Shown here in pieces: positions 1-9,189 of a stretch of 54,539 bases of DNA; within the stretch, counting starts at the first letter, position 1; each line of letters starts with the position of its first letter. This DNA comes from Myxococcales bacterium (lineage in GTDB: Bacteria; Myxococcota_A; Polyangia; Polyangiales; Polyangiaceae), in contig JAYTOU010000020.1 of NCBI GenBank assembly GCA_043747615.1, positions 1 to 54,539 on the forward strand, given 5' to 3'. The notes under the pieces were generated by a model that worked only from the letters and a program-made list of their open reading frames with translations, made no database searches and was not told the DNA's origin. The position numbers were made by a program, and so were the translations under genes.

Positions 1-212
1 ACGACGGGCTTTCGCCTTGTGAGAGTGACGCGGCCCGGCGTGCACAGAGAACGGTCGTTGCCTCCCTGGTTCGTGTCATAAGGGATCCACGGAAACCGCA
101 ACACGAGCGAGGCAGAGGGAACACTTAATAAGTAACGATGCGCGATCCGGAGGTCAACGGCCTTCGCGGCTAATTGGTCCTGTTTCGCTGCGGCGGTTAC
201 AGGTTGCTACAC

Positions 213-1631
213 ATGGGTGAGCAGTCCGCAAGCGTATCGAGCGATCAAGGTGGATCGCCTGACAACACCACCAAGCCCGAGCTTCGCACGGGTGAGCTCC
301 GCTTCGCCGAAGCCGACGAGCGCGTCCGACTGTCGACCGGACTAGGACGGCAGCGCTTCCTCATCGTCAGAGTCACGTCGATCGGTCCGAGTGCGCGCGG
401 ACGACTGCGCGACGTCCTCGACGAGGCGATCGAACGCGAGCTCACCGCCCACGGAGCGAGCGTCCCCGGGATAGGTTCTGCGAGTGACCGAGACGCGGCT
501 CTTAGCGATCAACTCTTCCGGGCGCGCCGCCTCGGACTGAGGGGGCTCTGTCTTTCGCTTGGTACACTTCGAGCTGCGGTCTCTCCGCGTGGCGCCATCG
601 AAGCGGAGGACAGCGACACCCTCCGCTTTTTCCTCCAGGCGTCTACCGAGCGGCCGCTCGTCGTGCTCCTCGACGCCTCGGATCGCGGGCTTGGCGCGTA
701 TGGAGATCCGCTACCGCTGAAGACTCTTCTCGCAACGGCACCGACCGCGAGCGCGTGTGCCATCGCGCCTACCTTGCCGACGTCGAGCGTCGTGGTCACC
801 AGCGCTCCTCTGCCGGAGGCCTGGCGGGGCTGGCTCGGCGCGCTCACGAACGCGCGGGGACCGCAGCCGCTCGCCGCGTTCGAGAGACTCTTCACGCAGA
901 GCTACCTTCCCCTGAGCAACGCCGTCGCACGAGGGCTCGAAGACCCGCTCGCGAAACACGCGGTGGAAGAGTTCCGCCGCACTTTCTCCCGCGCCTACGC
1001 GGACGCATTTCCGACGTTCGCCGTGACCGGGAAGAGGCCGCGCATGGTGTTCGACGCGCCCGACATCGCCGCTCGCATAGCGCGACTTCACGGTGCGCGG
1101 GCGACGCAGCTCGTGCTCGTGGATGCCATGCGTTGGGACCTCGGAACGCTCGTGCGCGATGCAGTGGTCAGCGCTCTCGGCTCGCGCGCGTCCCTCACCG
1201 ACGAGCTCAGCCTTTTCGCCGCGCTACCGTCGAACACCACCCGTCAGCTCGATGCCCTCGGACGCGGAATCGAGGCTCTGCGTGCTCCCCCGGAGGCCGA
1301 GCGGGAATCGGACCAGCCGGTGCGCGGAAGGACGGCCGAGATCATTCGTCGCGTCAAGATCGGCTCGCGCGACGTCTACAAGCTCGACCTCGTGGAGACG
1401 AAGCTTCGGTGCCTGACCACACCGCCGCTCGACGCGCTCCCTACGATCGCCCACGGCGTGATGGAGGCGGTGGCACGTCACGCCTCGACGCTCTCGGGAC
1501 GCACGCTCCTATTCGTGTTTGGCGACCACGGTTTTTCGATCGACGGTCGCGGCGCCATTCAGAAGGGTGGTTCGTCGCCGGAAGAAGTCATCGTCCCCGC
1601 GTACGCTTTTTTGCTGGGCGAGGTTCATTGA
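213..1631 (+). CDS. Protein with C-terminal PglZ-like (alkaline phosphatase superfamily) domain
   Basis: Motifs VLVDAMRWD, LPSNT, FGDHGF and KGGSSPEEVIVP follow the PglZ pattern. ATG at 213 preferred over the track start at 174. Confidence 0.6.
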   Translation: MGEQSASVSSDQGGSPDNTTKPELRTGELRFAEADERVRLSTGLGRQRFLIVRVTSIGPSARGRLRDVLDEAIERELTAHGASVPGIGSASDRDAALSDQLFRARRLGLRGLCLSLGTLRAAVSPRGAIEAEDSDTLRFFLQASTERPLVVLLDASDRGLGAYGDPLPLKTLLATAPTASACAIAPTLPTSSVVVTSAPLPEAWRGWLGALTNARGPQPLAAFERLFTQSYLPLSNAVARGLEDPLAKHAVEEFRRTFSRAYADAFPTFAVTGKRPRMVFDAPDIAARIARLHGARATQLVLVDAMRWDLGTLVRDAVVSALGSRASLTDELSLFAALPSNTTRQLDALGRGIEALRAPPEAERESDQPVRGRTAEIIRRVKIGSRDVYKLDLVETKLRCLTTPPLDALPTIAHGVMEAVARHASTLSGRTLLFVFGDHGFSIDGRGAIQKGGSSPEEVIVPAYAFLLGEVH

Positions 1632-1651
1632 ATCGGAGCTAGAACGCTCTG

Positions 1652-3157
1652 ATGAGAATTGGGTCGCGCCTCCTCGCGTCGTTCGAGCGCCCCCCTTCCG
1701 CCGACGTCTGCGTGGAAGCCTGCCTGGCAACGGTGGGCGTCGAGGCCGAGCATGGCCGCCACACCTACGGCGAGGTTCGCGCAGGAGCCCGCCGCGTCGC
1801 CTCCGCGCTCCTGGGTGAAGCACGTTCTCTTGCTGCCGAGCGGATCGCGATCCTCGTCTATCCGGGGGCGGCCTTCGTCGAAGCGTTCTTCGGCGTGCTG
1901 CAAGCCGGGGGCTGCGTCGTCGTTCTTTCGCCGATCCATCCTGCGAGCGAGACTGCCTATTTTTGTGGGGACGCAGAGGTCCGCACCATCCTCGCTTCGC
2001 GCGATTTGGCCTCGCGTCTCGACGGCATCGGAGAGCGGCGCGTGCTCGTCCTCGAAGATCTCCCGACGCCGGAAGGATCGGCGACGATGCCCGGTGCCCT
2101 GGCGGGCGACGCGGCGCTCCAGCTCTACACGAGCGGCACCACGGGGAAGCCCAAGGGCGCCGTCATCACGCACGAAAACCTGACTGTTCAGCAGGAGCTC
2201 CTCGCAGCCGCCTGGGAATTTCAAACGCACGATGTTCTCCTTCACGCGCTGCCTCTCCATCACATGCACGGTCTCGCCATCGCGCTCCTCACGGCGCTGG
2301 GGGTCGGTGCAACGACGCGCATGCTTTTGGCGTTCGATGCACGGAGGCTGTGGGACGAGATGGGCACGTCGACCGTGCTCATGGCGGTGCCGACGATGTA
2401 CGCCCGTTTGCTCACGGCGTTCGACGAGGCCAACCCGACTACCCGAGCGCGCTGGGCGTCGAACGCACGCGGCCTGCGACTGGCGACGAGCGGCAGCGCA
2501 GCGCTCCCTACGACGCTGGCCGAGCGCTGGCGGATCATCGCGGGCGACATTCCGGTGGAGCGCTTCGGCATGACGGAGATCGGCGTGGGGATGACGAACC
2601 CTCTCAACGGGCCTAGAAAACCGGGCTCTGTGGGCTTGCCTCTCCCTGGCGTGGAGACGCGCATCGTCGATGGCGAGCTCCACGTGCGCGGGCCGAGCGT
2701 CTTCGCGGGCTACTTCAAGCGCGACGACGCCACGCGGGAAGCGTTCGTGGATGGCTGGTTTCGCACCGGGGACACCGTCGCGCGAACCGACGACGGGTAC
2801 TTCAAGATCCTCGGTCGCACGAGCGTCGATATCCTCAAGAGCGGCGGCTACAAGCTGAGCGCTCTCGAAATCGAAGAGGTCCTCCGCGACCATCCGGCGG
2901 TGCTCGAAGTAGCGGTGGTCGGCGTCCCCGACGAGACGTGGGGCGATCGGGTGGTGGCCTGCGTCGTCCCGCGATCGGGAATGGGTGCAGACTGCACGAC
3001 CGAGCTACTCCGCGCGTTCGCCAAGCAGACGCTCGCCCCGTACAAGGTGCCCCGCGAAGTTGTCTGCATGCCGGATCTCCCCAGGAACGCCGTGGGAAAA
3101 GTACTCAAGGCCGAGCTCCTGCGCCTGCTCGCCGCGCGCGCGAACCGCAAAGCGTAG
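1652..3157 (+). CDS. Acyl-CoA synthetase, MatB/malonyl-CoA synthetase-like
   Basis: YTSGTTGKPKG, ERFGMTE, WFRTGD and RNAVGKVLK adenylation motifs. Confidence 0.88.
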   Translation: MRIGSRLLASFERPPSADVCVEACLATVGVEAEHGRHTYGEVRAGARRVASALLGEARSLAAERIAILVYPGAAFVEAFFGVLQAGGCVVVLSPIHPASETAYFCGDAEVRTILASRDLASRLDGIGERRVLVLEDLPTPEGSATMPGALAGDAALQLYTSGTTGKPKGAVITHENLTVQQELLAAAWEFQTHDVLLHALPLHHMHGLAIALLTALGVGATTRMLLAFDARRLWDEMGTSTVLMAVPTMYARLLTAFDEANPTTRARWASNARGLRLATSGSAALPTTLAERWRIIAGDIPVERFGMTEIGVGMTNPLNGPRKPGSVGLPLPGVETRIVDGELHVRGPSVFAGYFKRDDATREAFVDGWFRTGDTVARTDDGYFKILGRTSVDILKSGGYKLSALEIEEVLRDHPAVLEVAVVGVPDETWGDRVVACVVPRSGMGADCTTELLRAFAKQTLAPYKVPREVVCMPDLPRNAVGKVLKAELLRLLAARANRKA

Positions 3158-3200
3158 CCCGCCTGGAAAACGAAAAAAAAAGAGCTAAGCTGCCGCCACC

Positions 3201-4085
3201 GTGAAACTCAAAGGTGGCTTTGCTTCGTTCCTCGCGTTCGGCGTCCTGGCGTGCGGCAGCACGAGAGGCAGCGGCTTCGGCCCCGAAGACGGCGGCATGC
3301 CGGTCGGAGACGGCGGCAGCGTAGAGTCCGACGGCGGCAACATGATCGTCGGCAGCAACGACGGCGGGAACCCGACCACGGGCGGTCCCGCCGAAGTGTA
3401 CGGACACAGCCCAGACACTCTGTACAAGCTCGATCCGAACACCAAGGCCATCGTGGTGGTCGGAAAATTCGTCGGCTGCGGCACAGAGGTCATCGACCTT
3501 GCGCTCGACGCGACCTCGAACATGTACGTCACCACCCAGAACCCCGGCGCCATCTTCAAGGTCGACCGCGGAAGCGCGAAGTGCACGCACATCGCCAACG
3601 GTGCCTATCCGAACTCGCTCTCCTTCGTCCCCAAAGGGACCCTCGATCCGAGCGTCGAAGCACTGGTGGGTTACGTCGGTTCCACCTACGTGAGCATCGA
3701 CACCGGCACCGGCGCCATTACCAACCTGGGGGACATCGGCAGCGGGTACGCGTCGAGCGGCGACATCGTCTCGGTCATCGGCGGGGGCACCTACCTGACG
3801 GTCACCGGTGGCGGCTGCGTTGGCGGCGACTGCATCATCGAAGTGAACCCCGCCACGGGCGCGTTCGTGAAGAACCTCGGCGTCGTCGGTCACAGCAGTG
3901 TCTTCGGTCTCGCCTTCTGGGCGGGCGTCGCTTACGGCTTCGACAACGCCGGCGATCTCTTCCAGATCAACTTCACGGCCGGAAGCGTCACCACCTCGCC
4001 GATCGCCATCCCCAGCAAGCCCGCAGGGCTAAAATTTTGGGGCGCCGGCTCAACGACATCCGCGCCCGCCACTGCCGCAAAATAG
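3201..4085 (+). CDS. Secreted lipoprotein, probably beta-propeller-like
   Basis: Lipobox-like LACG, DGG linker, repeated LYKLDP/IFKVDR/IIEVNP/LFQIN strands. Confidence 0.65.
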   Translation: MKLKGGFASFLAFGVLACGSTRGSGFGPEDGGMPVGDGGSVESDGGNMIVGSNDGGNPTTGGPAEVYGHSPDTLYKLDPNTKAIVVVGKFVGCGTEVIDLALDATSNMYVTTQNPGAIFKVDRGSAKCTHIANGAYPNSLSFVPKGTLDPSVEALVGYVGSTYVSIDTGTGAITNLGDIGSGYASSGDIVSVIGGGTYLTVTGGGCVGGDCIIEVNPATGAFVKNLGVVGHSSVFGLAFWAGVAYGFDNAGDLFQINFTAGSVTTSPIAIPSKPAGLKFWGAGSTTSAPATAAK

Positions 4086-4112
4086 GCGTCAAAGTCGCGC
4101 GGCAACTGAGCG

Positions 4113-4637
4113 TTAGAGCCCGCGTAAGGCGGCGCGCAGGTCTTCGCTCTTCGCGAGGCCAACACGCTGCCAGGCGACCCGCCCGTCGCGATCGAGGACG
4201 ACGATCGTAGGAACGTTGTGGACGTCGCCGAAGGGACCACCGCCGGCGATCGTCTCTTTGTCTCCGAGGGCCACTCGGAAGGTGACGCCGAGCTTCGATC
4301 GGTAGACCTCGACGAGCTCGCGATCCTTGACGTCTTGAAGTGCGACGAGGGCGTAGTTCACGCGATCGACGTCGTTCTTGGCCATGGCCACGAGAAAATC
4401 CACCTGGGCTTGGCTCATCAGATCCCAAGTCGTCACGAAGGCGATCACCGTCGGGCGACCGCGAAGCGCGTCCGAGCTGACCTGGCGTTCGTCGAGCGAG
4501 TCATAGTGGAAGGCGATCGCGACGTTAAGCGTGGGCGCGCCGCTAACCCCGACGGGCGCCAGCGGTGGCGACCCTCTGCACCCCGCCAGGCCGACCGAGA
4601 GCGAAAGCGAGACCACCAGCGCAGGTAGCAGCTTCAC
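4113..4637 (-). CDS. TlpA/redoxin-fold lipoprotein lacking CxxC
   Basis: LAGC lipobox; LRGRPTVIAFVTTWDLMS; VPTIVVLDRDG cis-Pro motif. GTG at 4637 lies 1 nt after the upstream stop. Confidence 0.7.
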   Translation of the reverse strand: MKLLPALVVSLSLSVGLAGCRGSPPLAPVGVSGAPTLNVAIAFHYDSLDERQVSSDALRGRPTVIAFVTTWDLMSQAQVDFLVAMAKNDVDRVNYALVALQDVKDRELVEVYRSKLGVTFRVALGDKETIAGGGPFGDVHNVPTIVVLDRDGRVAWQRVGLAKSEDLRAALRGL

Positions 4638-4638
4638 G

Positions 4639-5307
4639 TCAGTCGTCTTTGGCGCCTTTTTGCCCTGTGAATCCATCGTTCCGATCTGCAAAGAGAATGT
4701 TGAACGTGGTGAGCGACCCATAACAGTGCGTGACGTACTGCTGCAGCTGCACCTTGTCTTCCGCGGAGAGCTGCGCGTGCGTGTTCACCTTCTGCTCGAG
4801 CACGCGGAGCTTGTCTCTTATCATGATGATCTTGTGGAAGAGCGCCTCGATGGGGATGCGCTTCTCGGCCGTGCCTTCTTTTCCTGGCTTGAGGACCATC
4901 TCGCCCCCGCTCCATCTTCCGCCGAGCTCGACGTCGGCGACGCCCAACTCATCGCGGATCACCTCGCGCAACACATCACGAAACTCGTCGGCGTTCATGT
5001 CGAGTAGCTCCTCGGGAATGGTAATCGGAAGTTTTTCGGCCGCGGTCGAATGTGGCGCGTAGTCGGAGCGCCCGGAAGGTGCCTGGCGAGAGCGGGCGGC
5101 GCGGCGAACCGGAACCGTCGTATTGAACGTTCCTCGCTTCACGTACTGCGAGCAGGTGCTCGTCTCGTAAAGCGGTGAAGGCCACACGCCGAGGAGACAC
5201 TGCCCAGCCCGGCGAATTTCGCCATTCGCATCGATGATCTCGCTCACCCGAACGAAGCGGGCGCAGGAACCACACTTCTTGTCGAGGTGGCTGCGATCGT
5301 CGCTCAT
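4639..5307 (-). CDS. Hypothetical protein with N-terminal Cys cluster (CxxC..C..C) and helical C-terminal domain
   Basis: CGSCARF...C...C. Protein-like composition; ATGA overlap with the upstream gene. Confidence 0.7.
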   Translation of the reverse strand: MSDDRSHLDKKCGSCARFVRVSEIIDANGEIRRAGQCLLGVWPSPLYETSTCSQYVKRGTFNTTVPVRRAARSRQAPSGRSDYAPHSTAAEKLPITIPEELLDMNADEFRDVLREVIRDELGVADVELGGRWSGGEMVLKPGKEGTAEKRIPIEALFHKIIMIRDKLRVLEQKVNTHAQLSAEDKVQLQQYVTHCYGSLTTFNILFADRNDGFTGQKGAKDD

Positions 5308-5921
5308 GACGGCGCGTTCAGACTGAAGAGATCAGCGAAGCGCACGAGAGCGACCGGCGCAACGCGCCCTTCACGTCGATCGACGATGATGGCGTGCGCG
5401 AGATCCTCGACCACTTCGCCGAGGCCGGCGTCTTCCGCGTTCTCGCCGTCGATCTCGCAAGGGGCCGAAAAAATCCGAGCGTTCTGCAATGGATCGTGGC
5501 TGGCGTGAACGACGCCGCGATCCGGGTGGTAGCGGCAGACCAGGAGCTCCACGAAGTCCAAATAGAGCGGCGAGACGATCGCGCAGACATGCTCGCCCGT
5601 TGCACAGATCGCCCGGAGCGCGCGGCGCGGCGACCTCGGGACGTCACCGAGCTCCCCCATAGCGAGGGAAATGCGTTCGCGGCGAGCCTCGTCCCGCTCG
5701 ACGGCCAGGAGCGGCGCGTAGATCGCCACCCTCGGCACGTTCAGTTGCTGAAGGTCAACGTCGAGCGCCTCGAGCCAGGCGACGCGCGCTCGTGCATCGA
5801 GCGCCTCGTAGGTGAAGGCGGCGGAGAGCGCGGCCTCTGCATCGGTCCCCAGCGCCCTCAGCCAAATGCGCCAGGCCGCGTGAGAGCGCTCGAAGTCGGG
5901 AGGCTCGTTCGGCGCTGACAC
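5304..5921 (-). CDS. Hypothetical protein
   Basis: Stop overlaps the next start. GTG at 5921 is preceded by TAAGTT and avoids overlap with the divergent sigma gene. Confidence 0.6.
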   Translation of the reverse strand: MSAPNEPPDFERSHAAWRIWLRALGTDAEAALSAAFTYEALDARARVAWLEALDVDLQQLNVPRVAIYAPLLAVERDEARRERISLAMGELGDVPRSPRRALRAICATGEHVCAIVSPLYLDFVELLVCRYHPDRGVVHASHDPLQNARIFSAPCEIDGENAEDAGLGEVVEDLAHAIIVDRREGRVAPVALVRFADLFSLNAPS

Positions 5922-5985
5922 GGCGCGAAACTTATCAGTGCGCACGGCCGTCGCGCGGAATTCTTCGCCAGCTGCCCGACTGCCC

Positions 5986-6014
5986 TTGACACCCAACCGA
6001 GCGACCGGGACCCT
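5986..6014 (+). promoter_or_regulatory. Putative sigma70-type promoter of the sigma factor gene
   Basis: TTGACA-17 nt-GACCCT, ending 7 nt before ATG 6022. The -10 hexamer is non-consensus. Confidence 0.4.
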
Positions 6015-6021
6015 CGGATCG

Positions 6022-6750
6022 ATGCCGAGTGATCTCGAGACTCCTCCGACAAAGGCGCGAGCCGACTCGCCGGAGGTGCGCAAGCTCGTCGAGGAGTGCC
6101 TCGATCTCGTGAGGATCATCGCCTTCCAAATGCGACGACAGCTCGGGTCGAGCCTGGACGTCGACGATCTCGTCTCCCTCGGTCACGAAGGCCTCCTCGG
6201 CGCGGCACGCTCGTTCGATGCTACGCGCGGCGTGCCCTTCCGGCGCTGGGCAAATCTGCGCGTGCGGGGGAGCATGATCGACGGCCTGCGCGCGCACGGT
6301 GGCCTTCCGCGACGCGTGTACCGCCAGCTCAAAGCCATGGGCGCCGGCGATCGTGTGCAGGACGCACAGATCGAAGAAGATGGAGCGATCGCGCCCACCA
6401 CACCCCAAGCTGCCGACGCCAAGCTCGGGGCGCGCCTCTCTGGCATCGCGATGGCCATGGCCGCGGGCTTCATCTCCCCCGAGGTGGAAGGGATCGAGCA
6501 AGTCCCAGATATGAAGGCGTCTCCGGAGGAGCAAGCGGCGCGGAACGAGCTCGTGCAGAAAATTCGCGGGGCCATTGCTGCGAGGCCCGACGCCGAGCGG
6601 AAGCTTCTCGAGCGGCACTACTTCGACGGGCTCACATTTGAGGACGCGGCGCACGAGATCGGGCTCTCGAAATCCTGGGCCAGTCGACTGCACGCGCGCG
6701 CCCTCGAGGCCGTCGCGATGGATCTCCGGCGCCTGAAGATCGAAGGGTAG
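6022..6750 (+). CDS. RNA polymerase sigma factor, FliA/WhiG (sigma-28) family
   Basis: DDLVSLGHEGLLGAARSFDATRGVPF..RVRGSMIDGLR (region 2) and YFDGLTFEDAAHEIGLSKSWASRLHARAL (region 4). Confidence 0.88.
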   Translation: MPSDLETPPTKARADSPEVRKLVEECLDLVRIIAFQMRRQLGSSLDVDDLVSLGHEGLLGAARSFDATRGVPFRRWANLRVRGSMIDGLRAHGGLPRRVYRQLKAMGAGDRVQDAQIEEDGAIAPTTPQAADAKLGARLSGIAMAMAAGFISPEVEGIEQVPDMKASPEEQAARNELVQKIRGAIAARPDAERKLLERHYFDGLTFEDAAHEIGLSKSWASRLHARALEAVAMDLRRLKIEG

Positions 6751-6792
6751 CAACCGATCCGACGAGGCGGCCGATGGGGTTGCTAGCCACCC

Positions 6793-7122
6793 ATGTCGAT
6801 CCGACCCGCTCAGGAATCTCGCCTCCCTTCGCCCGCCGCTCCCGCCCGCGCGGCCCCGGTCCCCACTGTCGCCGCTCCGTTGCCGGAGGGAGAAAAGAGC
6901 CCCTTCGCGCGAATGCTGCAGAGCATCGGGCACGAAGCCGCCGAAGGTGAAAGAACGATGCGGAGCGCCATTCGAGCGACGCAGGCGGGTCGCGATCTCG
7001 GCCCGGCCGAGCTTCTGGCGCTGCAAGCCGGCGTGTATCGCTACAGCGAGGTCGTGGATCTCGCGGCCAAGCTGGTGGACCGCGCGTCGACGGGCGTGAA
7101 GACGGTCATCTCAGGTCAGTGA
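6793..7122 (+). CDS. Small protein resembling T3SS inner rod (SctI/EscI/YscI/HrpB family)
   Basis: C-terminal PAELLALQAGVYRYSEVVDLAAKLVDRASTGVKTVISGQ; Pro/Ala-rich N-terminus. Confidence 0.6.
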   Translation: MSIRPAQESRLPSPAAPARAAPVPTVAAPLPEGEKSPFARMLQSIGHEAAEGERTMRSAIRATQAGRDLGPAELLALQAGVYRYSEVVDLAAKLVDRASTGVKTVISGQ

Positions 7123-7197
7123 GCGCGCCTCCGTGAGCGTGCGCTTGCCGGTCCTCCAGCTTGCGCGCGCGTGGTCCGGGCAGTATCTGATGCGCGC

Positions 7198-8334
7198 ATG
7201 AGCCCGAAAAAGCGAATCGTGGTCGCGATGAGCGGCGGCGTCGACTCGGGCGTGGCGGCGGCGCGCTTGCACGACGCGGGGCACGAAGTGGTCGGGGTCA
7301 CCTTGCACCTCTGGGACTACCCGGACGATCCGGAAGCGAAGGGCGGCCACGGCCGGTGCTGCGCTCCCGAAGATCAATACGACGCTCGCCGCACGGCTGA
7401 CGCGCTCGGCTTTCCCCATTTCACGTTCGATCGCCGAGAGCTCTTCGCGAAGGTCGTCGTCGCCCCATTCGTCGAAGCCTACCTCGCCGGCGAGACGCCT
7501 AGCCCTTGCAGCGCGTGCAACCGCGGAGTGAAGACCGCCGAGCTCTTTGCGCTCGCCGATCGCCTCGGAGCGGACGCCGTGGCCACCGGTCACTACGCGC
7601 GCATCGGTCGCGACATGGACGGCACGCCTTTCCTCGCGTGTGGTGTCGATCCAAAAAAAGATCAGAGCTATTTTCTCTACACCACTCCGCGCGAAAAGCT
7701 GGAACGCCTGATTTTCCCGCTCGGCGAGAGCACGAAGGCTGACGTTCGCGCTGAGGCCATCGCTCGAAATCTTCCAGGCGCACGCAAAGGCGAAAGCCAA
7801 GAGCTGTGCTTCGTCGGGAGCGGAGCGCACGCCTACACGTCGTTCGTCGAAGAACGCGCGAACGGAAGAGTGCGGCCCGGAAACATTCTCGGACACGACG
7901 GGCGGGTGGTCGGCAAGCACGAAGGGATGCACCGCTTCACCATCGGCCAACGCAAGGGAATCGGCGTCGCGCTCGGCACGCCGGCGTTCGTGACCGACAT
8001 TGATTCCTCGAGCGGCGACGTGACCCTAGGCGATGAAGCCGCGCTCCTCGTGGAAACGGCCCACCTCGAAGACGTCGTCCTCGCTCCGGGGATCACGTTA
8101 CCCCTCCACGCGCGCGTACGCGTTCGCTACCGTCACGAAGGAGCGCTCGCGGACATTCGCGCAACCGAAGCCCCCCCGGGAGGTGGCTCATGCGCCATCG
8201 TCGAGTTTCACGAGCCCGTGCGTGCGGTGACCCACGGCCAGACTGCAGTCTTCTACGACGGAGATCGCGTGCTCGGCGGCGCGCGCATAGCCGCGCACAC
8301 TAGGCTCGAGAAAAGAGCTACGATCGTCTCGTGA
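7198..8334 (+). CDS. mnmA: tRNA 2-thiouridine synthase MnmA
   Basis: VVAMSGGVDS, TPSPCSACN, ATGHYA, KDQSYFL, ESQELCF, TIGQRKG. Confidence 0.96.
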   Translation: MSPKKRIVVAMSGGVDSGVAAARLHDAGHEVVGVTLHLWDYPDDPEAKGGHGRCCAPEDQYDARRTADALGFPHFTFDRRELFAKVVVAPFVEAYLAGETPSPCSACNRGVKTAELFALADRLGADAVATGHYARIGRDMDGTPFLACGVDPKKDQSYFLYTTPREKLERLIFPLGESTKADVRAEAIARNLPGARKGESQELCFVGSGAHAYTSFVEERANGRVRPGNILGHDGRVVGKHEGMHRFTIGQRKGIGVALGTPAFVTDIDSSSGDVTLGDEAALLVETAHLEDVVLAPGITLPLHARVRVRYRHEGALADIRATEAPPGGGSCAIVEFHEPVRAVTHGQTAVFYDGDRVLGGARIAAHTRLEKRATIVS

Positions 8335-9110
8335 GGCCCCGTTTCCTGGCACCTGTGATAGGCGCGCTGATCGCCTTTGCCGTCGTGCCGACCACGATGC
8401 CCGCGTGCTCGCTCGGACAAGGCACCGGATCGATTTCGGGAACGCTCAACGTCGACGATTGCTGGTCGGGCAAGTTCGCACTTCACCCTGATTTTTTTGC
8501 CGGTGTGCCTTACCGCGACAGCCTCGAGCTCCGCATTCAAAGCGGCGGCGACTACGAATCATTCAGCGACGGCATCAGCGTCCTCATCGACAACGTCCAC
8601 GCCATTCGAGGGGACCGCGGGCCCGGGTTTCTCAACCAGCCGCTCATCGTCTCCCTCCCCGTGGGCGTGTCGCCGCCCGGCGTGCCGATCAAGGCCAACC
8701 CCAATCCCGGGGCGGTCCACATGTCGCTCTACCTGCAGACCACCTGCCGGACGCAGGACGTCGCACTCTACGCGATGGCGGAAGTCTCGCTCCCCTGCGA
8801 CGAGCTCGACGCGGGAGACTTGTCCGCCCGGTGCGTGGGCGCCGACGGAGGGACCGATGGCGCGCCACCGTCGGCCGCGGGCACGGCCCAGAGCACCATA
8901 ACGTTCGTGCACCTCTTCAACGGAAATCAGGAGGAGGAGAACGCCGCCGAGAAACTGACGGAAGCCTCGTTCGACGTGTATCTCGCCGATCCGCGGGAGA
9001 TTTGCCCCGGAGGCCTCGGCCCGCCGCCCCGTTGCCGCGGTCACTTGAAGACCGAAGGAACGTTCAAATTCTACTTCGAGCGCGGCAGACCTGGACAGCC
9101 GTTCCCCTAA
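8331..9110 (+). CDS. Secreted hypothetical lipoprotein
   Basis: Hydrophobic N-terminus with ACS, several Cys, GTGA overlap with mnmA. Confidence 0.65.
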   Translation: MRPRFLAPVIGALIAFAVVPTTMPACSLGQGTGSISGTLNVDDCWSGKFALHPDFFAGVPYRDSLELRIQSGGDYESFSDGISVLIDNVHAIRGDRGPGFLNQPLIVSLPVGVSPPGVPIKANPNPGAVHMSLYLQTTCRTQDVALYAMAEVSLPCDELDAGDLSARCVGADGGTDGAPPSAAGTAQSTITFVHLFNGNQEEENAAEKLTEASFDVYLADPREICPGGLGPPPRCRGHLKTEGTFKFYFERGRPGQPFP

Positions 9111-9189
9111 GTAAGTGTGGGAGAGTGGCCCAGAAACGTCACCAGCTTGCGTGCGTCTGCTTGGGCCGATACCCTCAAGAGAACAAATC

